A stretch of 64,000 nt of DNA from Raillietiella orientalis (GCA_036172245.1 JAYWIR010000017.1:3844001-3908000); one strand, 5' to 3'; positions 1 to 13,580 are shown, counted from the stretch's first letter. Translations and numbers: made by a program. Notes: generated by a model not told the origin, from the letters alone.

Positions 1-954
1 ATCAGCAGTACTGAAGGCAGAGTAAATGTCTTGTAATATCGTGCTGTCCTTCACGAAGAGGATCGCACCAGCGCATCTTCAGAAAAGGATATCTTTCGTA
101 CTGTGAGCGCAAATCCCGAGAGGATTGACGTTTGTATTCTTCAATGTGTGCTTCTTTTGATGGCAGGACACTAAAGGACGACTTGAAATGAATAAGTAAG
201 AGGAACGAAATATCAAAAAGAAAAAAAAAAAGAAAAAAAGGAGGAAGAAGATTTCCTCGAAAAACTTCTGTCATAGGAGGTGAGTCTTTTGAGCTGCTGT
301 GTTTTGGGGGAAGAAAAAAAAAGTGATTTTAGAATAAGTACAAAGCACCCAAAGAGGAGAGTAGCAAAGCTCGAGAAGGAGGGCTTTTTTTTGTTTTTTC
401 TCATGCTCGGGGCAAAATTGGATAGAAACGGTACTTCCGTTAGAAAATCGTCTTCCTTCGAGAAGAATCGAGAATCAGCAGTATACTGGTGTTGTTTGAG
501 TGAAAGTGACACACGTCTTCGTTTCTTTGATGAATGAACATGTGTCAAATGTCTTTGGCGTTGGTGTGCAACTGGCGGTCTCATCTCCAGAACCAAGCAG
601 TCTATCGTTGTTGCACATCTATTTCCGGAAAGATGACCCGTTAGGTAATCCTATACAGTGCAATACATGGAAATGATGTAGCACACATATGCGAAAAAAT
701 ATGCAACGGGTTGCTGTAGTATACGTGCATCTTCTAATAACATCAACGATTATCTCCAGATGTTACAAGGGAATGCTTTTTAAAACGATATGATACCTTA
801 CTAGAGGGATGGTCAGTTGTAAACAAATGTTAGCTGTTGGATATTTTGGAATCTGCGTTGCAGGATGCGGTCTCTAATAAGTTGAGGTTTGTTGTTTCGT
901 TTTTAAATGCTGCTGTTCTTCTTGTTTTTCTTTTCTTGGTATATTTTATTTTTT

Positions 955-1520
955 GTTTTTCAATGGCCCGCGTCAGAGGCCATGTGGTTACGGTCTCCGC
1001 GCATAGCACCAAGCGTCGCAGGTTGGAATACTCGGCAAGGATCGGCGCCGAGAGATGGGGGTGCGCGTCGCGGGTTCGAATTCCTCCTGCAAGATGACGC
1101 TGGTTGGCCTCTATTCATTCGGGTGCGGCACCGGTAGCGGTTCGAACCAGATGCCTCCAATGAGTGGCCGGGACAATGGGAGTCGAGCCTCCGGGGTCCT
1201 TCCAGGAATCAGAATGAAGGAGAGGGGGTCACCCTCAGGTTGTGCAAAGAACGGACTTCCCATTCCCGGGGAACCCTCCATGGAGTAGGTGTATCCCCAC
1301 TTCTCCAGAGAGTGCAGAGAAGCGTGCCGATCCCTTCGGAAACCACCTTCCAGAGAAATTTCAGAAGCATCCCTTCGGGGTTCTCTTCAGAGGAGTGAAC
1401 AAGAGCGGTTCTCTTCAGAGACAACGAGGGTGGAGGTCTGTTTCCCTTTGGGGATCCCCCTCCCCAGGCTTGAGAGGAACGGACTCCCTCCCTTCTCCTG
1501 AACCCTTCCTGGATTTTGTT
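955..1520. repeat. Dispersed repeat, copy 1 (probable retroelement ORF1/gag-like debris)
   Basis: Near-colinear similarity to 4985-5750 (tggcccgcgtcagaggccatgtggttacggt vs tggcccgcgtcggaggccatgtggttacggt; cccttcggggttctcttcag shared). No intact ORF. Confidence 0.6.
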
Positions 1521-1799
1521 TTTCAACGAGGAAAGGAGTTATTCAAAGCGTGGGTTTCAGTCTTGATACACAAAAGTGTAGCTTATTGTCATTGAAAAAG
1601 CATCGTATCTTGAGCCAGAGATTTTTCTCTCTTTGACCTGGAATTCTTTGATTTGCAATCAGATGAAGACAACAAACGCATCTTTATACGTGGCCCATTA
1701 AAATCGATCGAACATTCATTCCCCCCACTGAAACGACAAATTTAGGAAACCATTTCTTCATAAAATCCCCAGTTTAGAATCAGCATGGAGATCTTGCTT

Positions 1800-2950
1800 A
1801 GGGTAGAGAAATCCTCCAGGGTGACATGACGTCGTCAGTGCAGCCTTAGGAAACTGGTCTCGTCTGGCACATTGATTCGAAATGAAAGAAGATGACTAGT
1901 CGCTTCTTGCTGAGAACACACGATAAGGATTGATACCAGGGAGGGGGGGGGGAAACACGTATGACTCATACAGCACTTCCATCAGGCTCAAAAATCTCAA
2001 AATTAGATCCTCAGCTTTAAGGATGAATTTGCGACTCGTTTTTTTCTTTTTTCTTTTTTTATCTGTGAATACCCCTGGGACGAGAAGAGATGTAAGCAGT
2101 CCCTATTTCGGCGATTGATATTTTTTGGGTTAAACGAATAGGGCGACCCGTATTCTCCATACGACTAGACCCTTAAATGAGCTTCTTCTACATACCGAAG
2201 GGGCATCAAGGTGTTTGATTCCTGATAACCGGTAATTAAGATATGTGCAGACTTGAAATGCAAGAAAATAATCTTTCTGATTGATGTCTTTGTCAAATAA
2301 CATCACCGTAAAAGTTGCCGGCGCAGTGCTAGGCACTCCATAGCAACCGAGAAAAGCAAGTTGAAAATGCTTGCATTGAGGTCATTAAAAAAAAACAGTG
2401 GAAAGAACAGCTAAACACTTGAAAATACACCACGGAAATTAAAAGCTGCTAAATGAAAAATACACAATGAAATCAAAATCAAGGAGACTACGGTTCTTTG
2501 CGACCTTGTTTCAGTTCTTCGGTTTAAAAGACTGAAACCCTTAGCACAGAATTATTTTCCGATTCTCTCAAGTTAGGATTCGGGCAACTTTGCGTAGCTA
2601 AAGACTTAGCATGGGACGGAAAAATGTCATCATGACCCATGTCTGCATAGGTCATGGTAAGAAACCATACCAGATTCAGCAAGCTTCGATCCAACGGAAG
2701 TGGTTGGCAGGAGCTCCGTGCAAACAAGTGCAATCATGAGGTGGTGTGCATCAGGGAAGCTGGAGAAAGGAAAGGTTACGAAGAGTGGCGAGTAGGGATC
2801 ATGGAGATCCTCCGCTCTCGTGTGAAGCGACGAGAGAAGAAAAGTGGTGCAATAACACGGAACGTTGATTCCGTGAACATACATCATGTGATTAGAGATT
2901 CGAAGCTCTTAACCGGGAGGCTGCGTTTCAGGAAAAAATACTTAGCATCT
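1800..2950 (-). other. Putative endogenous viral element: degenerate Mononegavirales/Jingchuvirales-like L protein fragment (end of RdRp to capping domain)
   Basis: Minus-strand frameshifted peptides in L-like order: LHTRAEDLHDPYS (cf. RGxxDP), LTKTSIRKI (cf. FxxTxTIR), AHLRV*SYG..G.P (cf. AxxLRxxSWGxxxxGxTxP), LH...SCHPGGF (cf. HR...GG). Motif recall only. Confidence 0.45.
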
Positions 2951-3229
2951 CCAATAACCCTTTTTTTCATATATGCAAATTTACAGAAAATAAATTCAGC
3001 AAAAAAATGAAAAATTTTCGTAACAACCCAAGTTAGTACCAGGTAGCATCATAAAAAATGGAACGAAAAATCTTTTCTTCATCTCTGTCGGTACATCCCG
3101 TCTAGAATGTTTTGTCCCATTCGTTGTGCAACTTCACTTCTTGAATCTCTGGCTGCATCTTGTTTCGCAGATTCCCTAATAGTAGAGTATAATATAACAT
3201 AGCATAGATTTAACAGTATATAATTTAAA

Positions 3230-4700
3230 GAACCTGTTCAGCTATCTCCAGATTTCTTGTATGAACCTAAACATTTTGGCTATTCTTTCTGAATTGCTCA
3301 CTTTCCATGCTAGAGAATAACAGTTCCAACTTGTTGGCCAATTCTCCTTCCATACTTGTCAAAGTGAAATCTAGAATACTTGAGCCTGTTTCTGTATCAC
3401 CATTCTTTGCTCACTTTAGATTAGGATGCCAATTCCATCAGTCCTTCTGTATTCAAATCTTGTCTCCCTGACTATCCTTTGAAACCTCGAGCGGCTACGT
3501 CATCAAATCCTGCTTTCGGAACGAAATCGACAAGGTCTACAAGAATCCACATCCATTCACCACAGACGCATAATTATTCCTGCTGTCATATTCCTTTCTT
3601 CCAAGACCACTATTTCCAATCCAGGTTTCCAGTGCGATTTTCGTGTTGAGGACTGCAATTCTTTAGAGGGCAAGTTACCTTCAAACGGAAATCGCGAAGT
3701 GTTTCCACAATTGGATGGCTTGAAATACTGAAGCCGGAAACCGTTTTATGAAAAAATTGATTGAAATAGCTGCCGTATGTGCAGCGGACCAAATGTCGAT
3801 AGCACAAGAGAAGCAGCATCCAAATCGGTGAAACCAGGATGCCGAGTCTCCTATGAAAAGCTGAACGAGAGTTGGGGCATTTTTTTCAAATATCCTACAG
3901 AAAGACCACATTAAGAAAGCAGCGTGTTCTTGAAAAGTACTAGCTATGTACATATGTATAGCTCACCTGTCTGGGTGTTCGTACAAACACAATTCATGTT
4001 TATACTGAGAAATAAGAAAGAATTAATTTTTTTTCCAGAAAAGCTGCCCATAGCTATCTGCAGGAAGTTAAAGATGAAGCTTTCATGGATTATCTCTTTA
4101 GCTATTTCTACGTGTTGCTGGTTCCAATTTTTCGATCTTTTTTTTTTCCTAAAATGTTCTTCAAGTATTCTCCAAAATTTGGACGAAGTAGGAATTGCAG
4201 CATCATGTTCCGTTCCTAATGTTTTCTGAAGTCCTAACCAATGGCGGAAATTAGTTACTGACTCTCAAAAATAAACTAATTTCCATGAATCGAAAAAAAT
4301 AGTTGCCTTCTCCCTTTTTGAGAAGAGAAGTTTTCTCAGCTTCCAGTATCTCGAAATCTCATGTTTTTGTGTGTGTGTGTTTTGCATCCTATGACGTATA
4401 AAGCCTTTACTACATCTCCTGTTGCACAAATCTGGAATATTTACCTACCTTTCAGGTGGAAAAAATAATTATGCGCTGGAGTGCTTGCAAACGCTACTGT
4501 TTTGGGAAAGTAGTTGAGCCATTCCTCGAAAGCCTTTCTCAGCAATCAGGCATGACCCTTAAGTAAAGCATTCATGTTTCTCCTTGACTTTACCCCGAGA
4601 TCTCAGAATACATCTCTCCGTAGTTAAATAGAACAATGTTGAGAAGTCAGAGGCGCAACCCCATCAATTACTATGATTCGTTTTATCCTGCATATAAACC
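3230..4700 (-). other. Putative endogenous viral element: orthomyxovirus (thogoto/quaranja-like) PB1 polymerase fragment, pseudogenised
   Basis: Ordered minus-strand motifs: SEISG..Q/EKHECF near 4600 (motif A, cf. ELSGDQEKFNEC), G.MML-NS-TSS (B), R*S(D)ESF (C, cf. SSDD), LSINMN (D, cf. GINMS), ASTFQEHAAF (E), FGPLHIRQLFQ..FRLQY (cf. LGPATAQMALQ..YRYTY), ANKLELLFSS near the C-terminus. Many stops and frameshifts. Confidence 0.6.
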
Positions 4701-4984
4701 ATTTTTTTTTTTTTTTTTGGCAAGATCCATCAGCTGCAAACTCGAGATATGTGAATTTTTACGAGACATTCCACTTGGAAAAACGTTCCCGTGCAATTCC
4801 ATCCGCAAGGACAATTCGGTTTTTCGAAATTGTGTGAAAATCGTGTGAACGATGAAAAGTCATGCATCGCAGAATGAAGGTGCAGACCTGCTGAGAAGAG
4901 CAGCAGCTAAGGAATCCTGGCTATCTACCCGTCGGACGACCCAAGCTGACTCAGTAACTCGCACGGATGGACGCAGTGAAGAGA

Positions 4985-5750
4985 CAATTGGCCCGCGTCG
5001 GAGGCCATGTGGTTACGGTGATCTCTTCGTGTGGCTCCCGGCGTTGCGGGTTCGAATACTCGGCAAGAATGGACGCAAAGAGTTTGTGCGCGTCGTGGGT
5101 TCGAGTCGGAGACCCGCGGGATAACGCTGCTCGGCCTACTTCCGGGGGCGGCGCCCAGTAGTGGTTCAAACTGTATGCCTCCGACGAGGTCCCAAACAAT
5201 GGAAGTCGACCTCCGGGTCCCTTCCAGGAGTCAAGGAGTGGGAATTCCCCTCCGGTTGTGCATAGGAGAGGGACCCCCCTTTGAGGGAGACCCTCCGTAG
5301 AGTAGGTGTGTCGCCACATCTCTAGAGTTCCAGAGAAGCGTGCCGCTTGCTTCGGGGAGAGCGCCCTTCTGAATTTCGGAAGCGTCCCTTCGGGGTTCTC
5401 TTCAGATGAGTAAACAGGAGCGGTTCCCTTTCGGGTTCCCTTCGGAGAAGAAAACGTGGAGCGGATCCCTTTGGGGGTCCCTTCGAAGAAAGTAAAGAAG
5501 GAGTACCCTCTTCCGGGTTCCCTTCGGAGACAACCAGGGTTAGTAGGTTCCCTTCGGGGATGCCTCCCCAGGTGTATGAGGCGGTCCCCTCCCGGTATCT
5601 TGAAGAATTAACACGTACCCTCGGGTGGGATGGGGAACAGTCTCAAAGAGCTGCGTGGACCAATGGTTCTTGAAGTACTCAGCGAGCCCCCAACAAAAAG
5701 CTGAAAGGGAATAATAACAGCGAAGAAGGATTTCCCTCGTCTGGAAAGCG
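4985..5750. repeat. Dispersed repeat, copy 2, with internal degenerate (GGGTTCCCTTCGGAGA)-like units
   Basis: Homologous to 955-1520; contains several ttcccttcgg units at about 5385-5560. Confidence 0.6.
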
Positions 5751-5949
5751 TGGGAGATGTTGTGCATGATGGGGGGCGAAATGCAGGAAATTTCAAGTTT
5801 CAGTTACAAAACTGCAACTATGTATCGAGAATGCACATCTCACATGCATCACATGCATGTGGGTCAGGAATGCAAGAGGCATCTGAGCGGGAAAATGAGT
5901 CATCCGGATTTCGAACGCTCGCCACGTACCTCGGCAGAATTGGATGAAG

Positions 5950-6300
5950 AAATGAAACAGGGAACGCGATTCTTAGCATAGAGGAAGGGTGAACTTGGTA
6001 CCTTCTCTGTGTGGGTCATTCTGGATACCCCTTCGGCTTTCGAGAGCTACCAAGAATCTTTGAGCCGGGAGTTCTCCTGCTGGTCCTTTCCAGGCACCCG
6101 ATGCCAGCAGTTTGTCTCCGAAACGCTTCAGGAATCATCGAAATGACATTTTCATATCGAATGGAGCCTCCTATGACGTGTGTGAACTCGATTCGACCCT
6201 CGCATCACGATCGAATCATTAGTCTCTGTTTGAAACTGTTTCAAGAGCAGGTTATTTCTAGTCTCAAGGGCATGTGGGGAGAGGGACAAGAAGGATAGAA
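5950..6300 (-). other. Possible mononega-like L N-terminal fragment
   Basis: Minus strand LMIRS*CEGRI (cf. LMxxDxxEGR) followed by FGDKLLASG (cf. GDxxLxxxG). Only two short motifs. Confidence 0.3.
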
Positions 6301-6724
6301 GAATCAGAACTCGAAAAGTTCAAATGAGGCGGAAAGATGATGGCAATAATCATTACTGCTCCCTCATACCTAAGAATAAACGAAAAAAAGAACAGCTTGC
6401 TCAGAGTTTGGTGACCCTGGGCGTACCTAAAACAATGCCCTGTAGTGAATCTGGTACGAGGCTATGGTCAGTGGTTCCTTTCCATCTGATGGGTGCAAAC
6501 GGAAACAAACCCTCTTGAGTACGATTCTCTTTGCGAAGTTTAGGGGGTTTTCTGTCAAATTACCTCCCATGGTGACCCTCCGGCTTTTTGGTTCGAGGCC
6601 CGCCACTCGTTTCTTGTTGATGTACGTTTTGCTTTCCAGGTCACCGGTAAGAACGGGAACAGTTTTTGCTCACTCTAGCTGAGAGGACATTCTCGCAAAG
6701 AGACATTTGCTTACCTTTTCCATC

Positions 6725-8984
6725 ATGAGCGAGTTTATCTTCGTGCTGCTCATCATTAGCACTGTTGCGTGCTCCGTGCATTCCTATTACTTCATCCCTC
6801 TCAATTTCCGTCAAACCAAACTGTTCATGGACCCCTATTTTTATAATGGACATCAGCTGCCTTTCTATCCGTACAACAGTATACAGCAATACATCGCACA
6901 GAATCCTATCTACGTTGGCAAAGGAAGCTTTCGAGTGTCTTCACAGGGAAGTTCAACTGTGGCGGAGCTCAGCTGCCAGTTTGAAGGTCCTATTCTGGTA
7001 AGCACCATTCCTTCCTAGAAGTGCACGGAGAGTCAAAAATGATGCAGCTGCAGATACAAGACTTTGAGACAAAACTACACTGGCTCTCGGCGCGAAATTC
7101 TCGGCTCTCCCGAGAGCAGGGAGAATCTTATATCGCAAACAGAGCCTGAGGATCTTCATTTGAGAATCTTTCTGAGACTGAGCTTGAGCCGTCGAAACTC
7201 ATAACGGAATCTGAGAATTCACTGTCATTCGGCGACTTTTACGGTAAAGATAAATGGCACAGGCAGCGAGTCCCGTCAAGGTGATGGTGAACTTCAAGCA
7301 GAGTTTCGGCGCCTGGGCCAGACTCACGGAGAACGGTTTTCTGGAGAAGACCAAGTCGGTCTGTGATGCTGATTCTGGAAGTCTTCGACCGTGCGGTTGT
7401 GCAACCGTTTTCTAGATCTCAGCAACATCCACAATGGTGTGCACCGAGGCATTCTCATTCGGAAAGACAAGCAAGCACAGCGGTAGGTATCTACACAGGA
7501 TGTGGACCGTAGGGCTCCAAGTATCCGAGCTCATGCAAGCGCGATGCGCATTCGAAGATGATGAACCCAGAACGCAATCAGAGAAGACAATTTCGACGAA
7601 CATCTGAGACCACCCAAATCTACCTCTGGCTCAGCCTGCGTACGAAATTCCACCTTTACCGCCAAGGGGTACCACCATCTGGTCAAACTCGTTGAGCAAG
7701 TGCATCAGGCGGATATCTGGTGAACCCCACCAATCCCGGAAGACGGGATTTCGACTTCGGACTCCGCTCGAACCTGCAGTCCGGAACGAAAATCGAGTCA
7801 CCGTGCGTGACGCTGCTTTCTTTTACGAGTACTCGGAGAAGACGCTGGAAGAAACTCCTTTTTTCTTCCAGAGGAAATCGGTTCCGCTGCAAGCGTTGCT
7901 GGTGGGATCCGGAGAGCGATGAGGTGTCTCAGGGAACCCGAGATCTCTCGCATACTGGCAGAGAAAAAAACAAAGCAAAAACGAAGAGGATTCTGGTACG
8001 CACCAACATCCAGAACAGTCGGAAAAGCTCATCGGATGGTACATATTCTACATTGTCCGCACCGGGATGGTCACAACGAATCAGCGGGTCTCGCATCGAA
8101 TAACCAGATGGTGTAGATTCTTTTCATGGAGATTCCTTCCGAAGATGCGCTTCGTGTTTCAAATATGGATGATTCGGTTCTTTGCTGTTGCGAGCAATTT
8201 TAGGAACCGGGGCTCATTCGGTTGCTAAAGAAGTCGTGATTTCTGCATTGCCCATGTACTGACACGATTCCCCTTTGAACTTTCTGGCTTCTCCAGTGTG
8301 AAGCCATTGACATCTCGATCGCGTGCTCTAAGGAGAGAAGGCGAACGTCCCTATTTCTCGTCGTGTCTCTCATGTCCGCGCATGCTTTTGTTTTTTTCTT
8401 TTTTCGTGATCTTGAGTTTCCAGTGATCTCTACGATGCGACCTCCTGCATAATCCTCGTTCGTGCCTTTGAAATTCACGGATTTATTCCGACCTGCTCTA
8501 GTGTGGTGATTCTATTGTAAGATGTTGCAAGGGTTGTTGGCAAAGCATCCAACCTCACTTGTTCCCTGAGTGCAGTGGCAGCAGATTTCATCTTTTTTCT
8601 CTCTCCCTTCAGAACGTCGTTTGGCAGCGTGCGCCGCAGGACGCCCTCCGTCCGTATGACAAGGCACTCCCTCCTCGCGCTCGTGTCAGCACGAAGACGC
8701 AGGGAGCCACGGTGACCAGTTCTCTCATCATCTGGGATGCCACGCAAAAAGATTACGGCGTTTACCAGTGCATCTCCGAAAGATTGTCGAATGCAAATTA
8801 CCTTCTTTATACCTACAAGGAAGTGTATTTCGCACCTCTTTCAAGACCTTACGGGGACCAAAAGCCTGCCACCATTGGCCAGGCGGAGCTGTTGAAGAAA
8901 GGCCGGAAGCCGGAAAGCGTTCTGGTCAGTACGTCACTGATCGTGAGAGACGAGCCTTCCAAAAGACGTTTCTTCGTAAACTGA
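6725..8984 (+). CDS. Secreted single immunoglobulin-domain protein with Tyr-rich N-terminus, ~214 aa; exons 6725-6997 and 8613-8984
   Basis: Signal-peptide-like MSEFIFVLLIISTVACS; GTAAGC donor at 6998; polypyrimidine+CAG acceptor ending 8612; phase-0 join gives AELSCQFEGPIL|NVVWQR...SLIIWDATQKDYGVYQC (canonical Ig C..W..DxGxYxC); TGA at 8982-8984. Confidence 0.8.
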
Positions 8985-9339
8985 GAGAGGCACGAGCGGG
9001 CGCGAAAGCAGGACGCTTTCCCACTGAAATAAACTCTTCCTAGACACTGAACTCTGGTACGGAGCCGCACTTTCCAGTACTAACTGTTTCTTCTGCCTTT
9101 TGGTTGTTTTCACTCGCTGCAACTACTTGGGGACTGGGAGGAAAAAACTTTTGCAGCACAGATTCGTTTCGGAAGCCCTTTGAGTTTCCATTTCCGGTAG
9201 TCAGCGGAAAAGGCGGAGGAATGTGCTATTTCCTTCCCTTTCTTCTTTGGTTTTGTGCCCGCAGTCGGCTGTTTCTAATCCTATACTATCAGCAATTGTC
9301 CGCGTAATGTTTCTGCAGCAGATGCTAGGAGTACGGATC

Positions 9340-11170
9340 GATTCCGCTTCCAAGAAGCAAGAGTGAGTCCTGTGCCTTCTAAGTTTCTCTCGATCCACTG
9401 CTCCTGGCTGCGTTCCCAAAGCGTCGTGGACTTCGCAAAGGCAGCTCAAGGATTCTGGAATGCGTTGCCATGGGGTTCCCATGGAGAGAGAGGGAGGAAT
9501 AGGAAGAGAAGAATCTTTGACTAACTTCAGCGGACTCTAAGCGCCACGGTGCGTGCGTGCCGGGATATTACACGAGTTGGCACACGAGCGTTCCTTCCTT
9601 CATGAAGACGCTCACCTCCTTCCGGCGTCTCGCCATCGCGGAAGGTCAAGGACGAGACCTTTCCCGAGATTCAGTGAGCCGTTCGCAGAGCAAGGAGGCG
9701 CAGAACCTCTGAGATGAGAAACCGTGAGATTCGAGCGCTGCACTCGAGATCTGATCGATCGGGAACTATCAGCATCTTCTCTTGGGAATCAACCCAAGAG
9801 TAGATCAACTTCTCACGCAGGACAGCTGCTTCCGGCAGCTCTCGGTTCTTGTGTCTTGAACTGGCAGCGCTCTTTCTCAACGACTCTGCAACTGGATGCT
9901 GCTGCGTTCTTTGCTCCTCGGTCAACAGAAAGGTGCAGGTGGTGCACAGAAACCATCCGAACTGATGGAGTCAAAGGGACTTCACCCATCTACAGTCCGA
10001 GGAGATGAAATCACGAATCTCTCGGGACTCTCACCAGGGACTCGTAATGGTGGAGTGTCTCCTCCACGATCTCGAGATCAGCTCACGTACTTCTTCCAAG
10101 TGATCAGTCCTAACACACAAAGACACATGCAGGGTCAATTCACAAAGTCAATCCTTCTTTTTCTCTCTCACTGGAGAATCTGAAACGCGCATCAATTTTG
10201 CGTGGATTTCCTTCCCTCCTCCTTCCATTAGTGGTAACGCTTTGTAGATTGAATTTTTGATTATTATTATTATTATTTATGCTCCATGCTGGATTGCGAA
10301 AGCAGCCTGCGGCGGTGAATGCTCTGTTGGAGTGTCCGTTCACAGACTGCTTCTCCTTCTTCTAGTCACAGTGTCACTGATAGATGCCAGATCATCATCT
10401 TTGTTGAGTGGCGTCATTCAATGGATAGAGAAAATATTGGGTAATTCATGAGTTCATCCAGGTCACGCGTAAGATGTTTACATGCGATCCCTAAAACGAT
10501 CGTTTATGTTGTAGAATCCAGCTCCTCCTTCCCATTCTTCACTCCAGCCTACAGATTCACAGTACACTGCCATTCATTCAGCCACTGCCACCACCACCGA
10601 CTCGAGAGAACACGCGCGCGCATGGGGATTCGTTCAAATTCTGGGTTTCGATGTCCACCGACGTCTTCCAAGGGCATCTGCTACCCACACAGGGGCAAGG
10701 TCTCCACATACAATCTTTCCGCGGATCCGCAAGTGCGTGGAATAGTGGGAAGCTTCCTAGGAGTTGCCTCGAAGAGGGCTGTCGACCCCTTCAAGGGTGA
10801 TCCTGACCTTTGCTCCCTCGAACTTCCGAGGTGCGTTCTCCCACATCGGAGGAGATGTGTCGACGAAGAACGTTCTAAGGTAACTGCGAGGCATCTGAGC
10901 ACCGTTTTACGGCCTCCTCCTCCTCCACTCTCCGCAGACCTCGGTGAAGCCGCAACAGACCCAGTAGGCGACTAGAGACAAAGGAGAGGAGAGTTCTCGA
11001 AGGGTACTGGAATCTGAGAGAGGGAGAAGCTGCCAAGAGGAACAAGGGTGACCTGTAATTGGAGCGACCCGAGCTGGAGCCAGCGATTGTAGTGGAAAAG
11101 GAAAATTCCGGGTTCGAAGAAAGAAAGAAGTCCAAGAAGAGTGTCTCCTCTTTCACGAGGCGCTTAAAAA
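9340..11170 (-). mobile_element. Degenerate non-LTR retrotransposon debris (endonuclease/linker-like fragments)
   Basis: GC-rich coding-like sequence without long ORF; PT...SAERLYV resembles the AP-endonuclease SRLDRxY motif; adjacent to a clearer element. Confidence 0.35.
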
Positions 11171-11242
11171 AGATCCCAACACAGCAGTGAGCGATAAACG
11201 TGTCTTACGGAAAGCGTAAAACTCCTCGCGACCCGTTGGTTT

Positions 11243-13580
11243 CACCCGGTCACACCGAGAAGTTTATTATAAAAAGTAAACATACATGTGTAGGGCCATC
11301 AGCCCTACATTGTCCGAAGATGCTCGGAACCTGCCGAGTAGCCAGCACGCAGGCCGGCGAGGTTCCCCTCGGCGGTGGAGGGACAAACAAAAATAAAAAT
11401 AAAACAAAAACATATATACGAAAAATTGGGAGGGTTAGGGAAGGGATTAACGGGAGCTGGAGGGCATACCCTGCATCCTTTCCAGGATGCCAGCAGGTTC
11501 CATCCGAGTAGGCCCCAGGTGGGGTTATCTTGCTGTCGTCCACAGGAAGTGCAGGGCGAAGCAGATGCCGTCCCTATCGCGCCATCCTCCTCTCGCGTTG
11601 CTCCCGGCCGCCGCAATCCCAGTAGGCAGCAAAGAGCTGCTAGGAATGCGGCAGGAGAAAGGGCATTGCGCACGAAGAGGCGCTTCATCACGTCCCTGGG
11701 ATTGTTCGTCGGTGGGCCAAGGGCCGCTGCATAACGCAACCACAAGGGCTGGAGGGCAACACAGTCTACCAGCAGGTGCAGGAGCTGGGATTCCCGCTCC
11801 CCGCGCCTGCAACGGTTGGGATCCACAGCCCCCCGGGTCCAGTGGGAGTGACAAGCGTTGCACAGAAGACCCCAGTGCAACAGCAGAAGTGCCAACTCCT
11901 GCCAATTAAGGGGGGGAGAGGACAGGTTCTTCAGCGCTGGGGGCCACTCGAGATTTTTCTGTGGGATTCCCAGCAGCTCATCCCAGCGCAATAGTCCTTT
12001 CGGTGGAGCACTTGAGGTCGCAGCGTTCGTGAGCTGATTCGTGGTCCAACCGCCTAGTTGTCTAGTCTTCTGATTGATGACCTCCCATTTAGCCAGCTGG
12101 TTACTGCCTAGATGCTCTCTGAGGGAGAGAAGCGCCGTGGCTAGGGAGGTCCTTTCTACCGACGCACATGTGGGGGGATGTTGCTTGATGACGGCAAGCG
12201 GTTGCTGTAGAAGGAGTGCAGCAGTTGCTGCCGCATCTCCATGCTCGCTTCGTTGTTCATGGCCCACGTGCGGATGGTTTCCTGCAACCAGGCTCTACCG
12301 TTCGTGGGCCGGCAGGAGATCCAGTTTTTGGTCTTGGTCGTTGGCGCTCCAGTCTGCGGGTGGACACGTTGCGTGTGCGCCACCTCTCCAGGATGGAAGA
12401 CAGACCCTCATAGCCGGTGGCTCGCTTAACCAAATATCGTGCAGGCTCGTACCAGTTCGTACTCCAAAGCTTCGCCACTAGGGCAAATGTCCTCCACTGG
12501 AGCTGCCACTCCAGGTGCTCCAGAGTCAGGAGGCCGAGGCCTCCGTCGCAGCACGGAGCGCACAAGTCCTTTAGGCGGGCTCGGGACCTTCCTGTGTCCC
12601 AGAGAGAGATTCTGAGGAGGTCCTTCGTCCACCCTTTAATGCATCTCATTGGGAAAAAAACAAAAAGCAGGAAGCGGAAAAGGGGAGCCACAAACGTGTT
12701 CCACACCGCGGCCCGTTGGTGTGCAATCCATCCTGTCGCGGCAACGCTTGACCGCTCAGACAAGCATCCAACTCCTGGATCCTAGCGACCAAAGCCAACA
12801 TCCGCGACGCAATGAAGAACAACTACTGAAAAAGGCGATGTTCTCGCCATCGCTGCCAACCGCTACGGAACGCGGATGGTGAGTCTGCAACGGTTGAAAC
12901 TACAGTCTTCGACAGGGACCTACCATCAAACACTCAGGATGATCTCCTCCTGTTTCACCATGGAGGCATTCTGAGTGGGAGCAGAACAAGACGCTGGACT
13001 GGGAACATCGATAACGAACTCTGCGAGGCATGTGGCAGCAGGGAAAGGCAGCTTTCACCTGACCGCCGCTGCTCCGGGACTGGACCACGCTGAAGCTTGA
13101 CCCGCAAAGGACTACCAACGTGAACATATTAGCGGGAATGCTCAATGGAGATGGAAACGTTCCCAGATACAATCCGGGAATGCGAAGTACCATTGACTTC
13201 TTCCTCACGAGTGTCGCCATCAGAAGCGCGAAATCGCGAAACATCGGAAAAACACCGGTGGCGGCCATCATGAAAGGCGTAATCAAGAAAAGTAGGCATA
13301 GGAGGCTGTGGCAGAATACCCGCATGGTCATGCCGCTATATCTTGAAGAAGACCGTGGAGTTGCCTAAGCGAGTGAACTGCCCTCCAGCTCCCAGAGACC
13401 TCATCCAAAGGGAAACATCCCGATGGTGACATGGAAAGTGACACAATCTGTGAAAACTCTGAACCAAGCGCGTGATAATGCATAGATGAAGTGTGACTGG
13501 ATCGTTGCTCCAATAGGTTCACCCCACCGCTTTTATCCAACCCGGGGGAAGACAGCTCAGACAGCAAAGGCACTCGAAGC
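11243..13580 (-). mobile_element. L1/Tx1-clade non-LTR retrotransposon remnant (RT C-terminus, zf-RVT, 3' UTR)
   Basis: DGGLGLLTLE motif (ORF 12257-12763); LLHWG..C..ERES..LHLLVDCVALQPLW zf-RVT-like motif (ORF 11305-12267); 3' UTR ending AATAAA...GGTGTGACCGGGTG shared with other copies in the window. Confidence 0.75.

Noticed and set aside
5385..5560. Repeated GGTTCCCTTCGG units with variable spacing
   Set aside because: Irregular degenerate low-complexity units within a dispersed repeat; not an array with defined spacers.
11305..12267. 320-aa ORF as a host gene
   Set aside because: It is the zf-RVT tail of a decayed non-LTR element.
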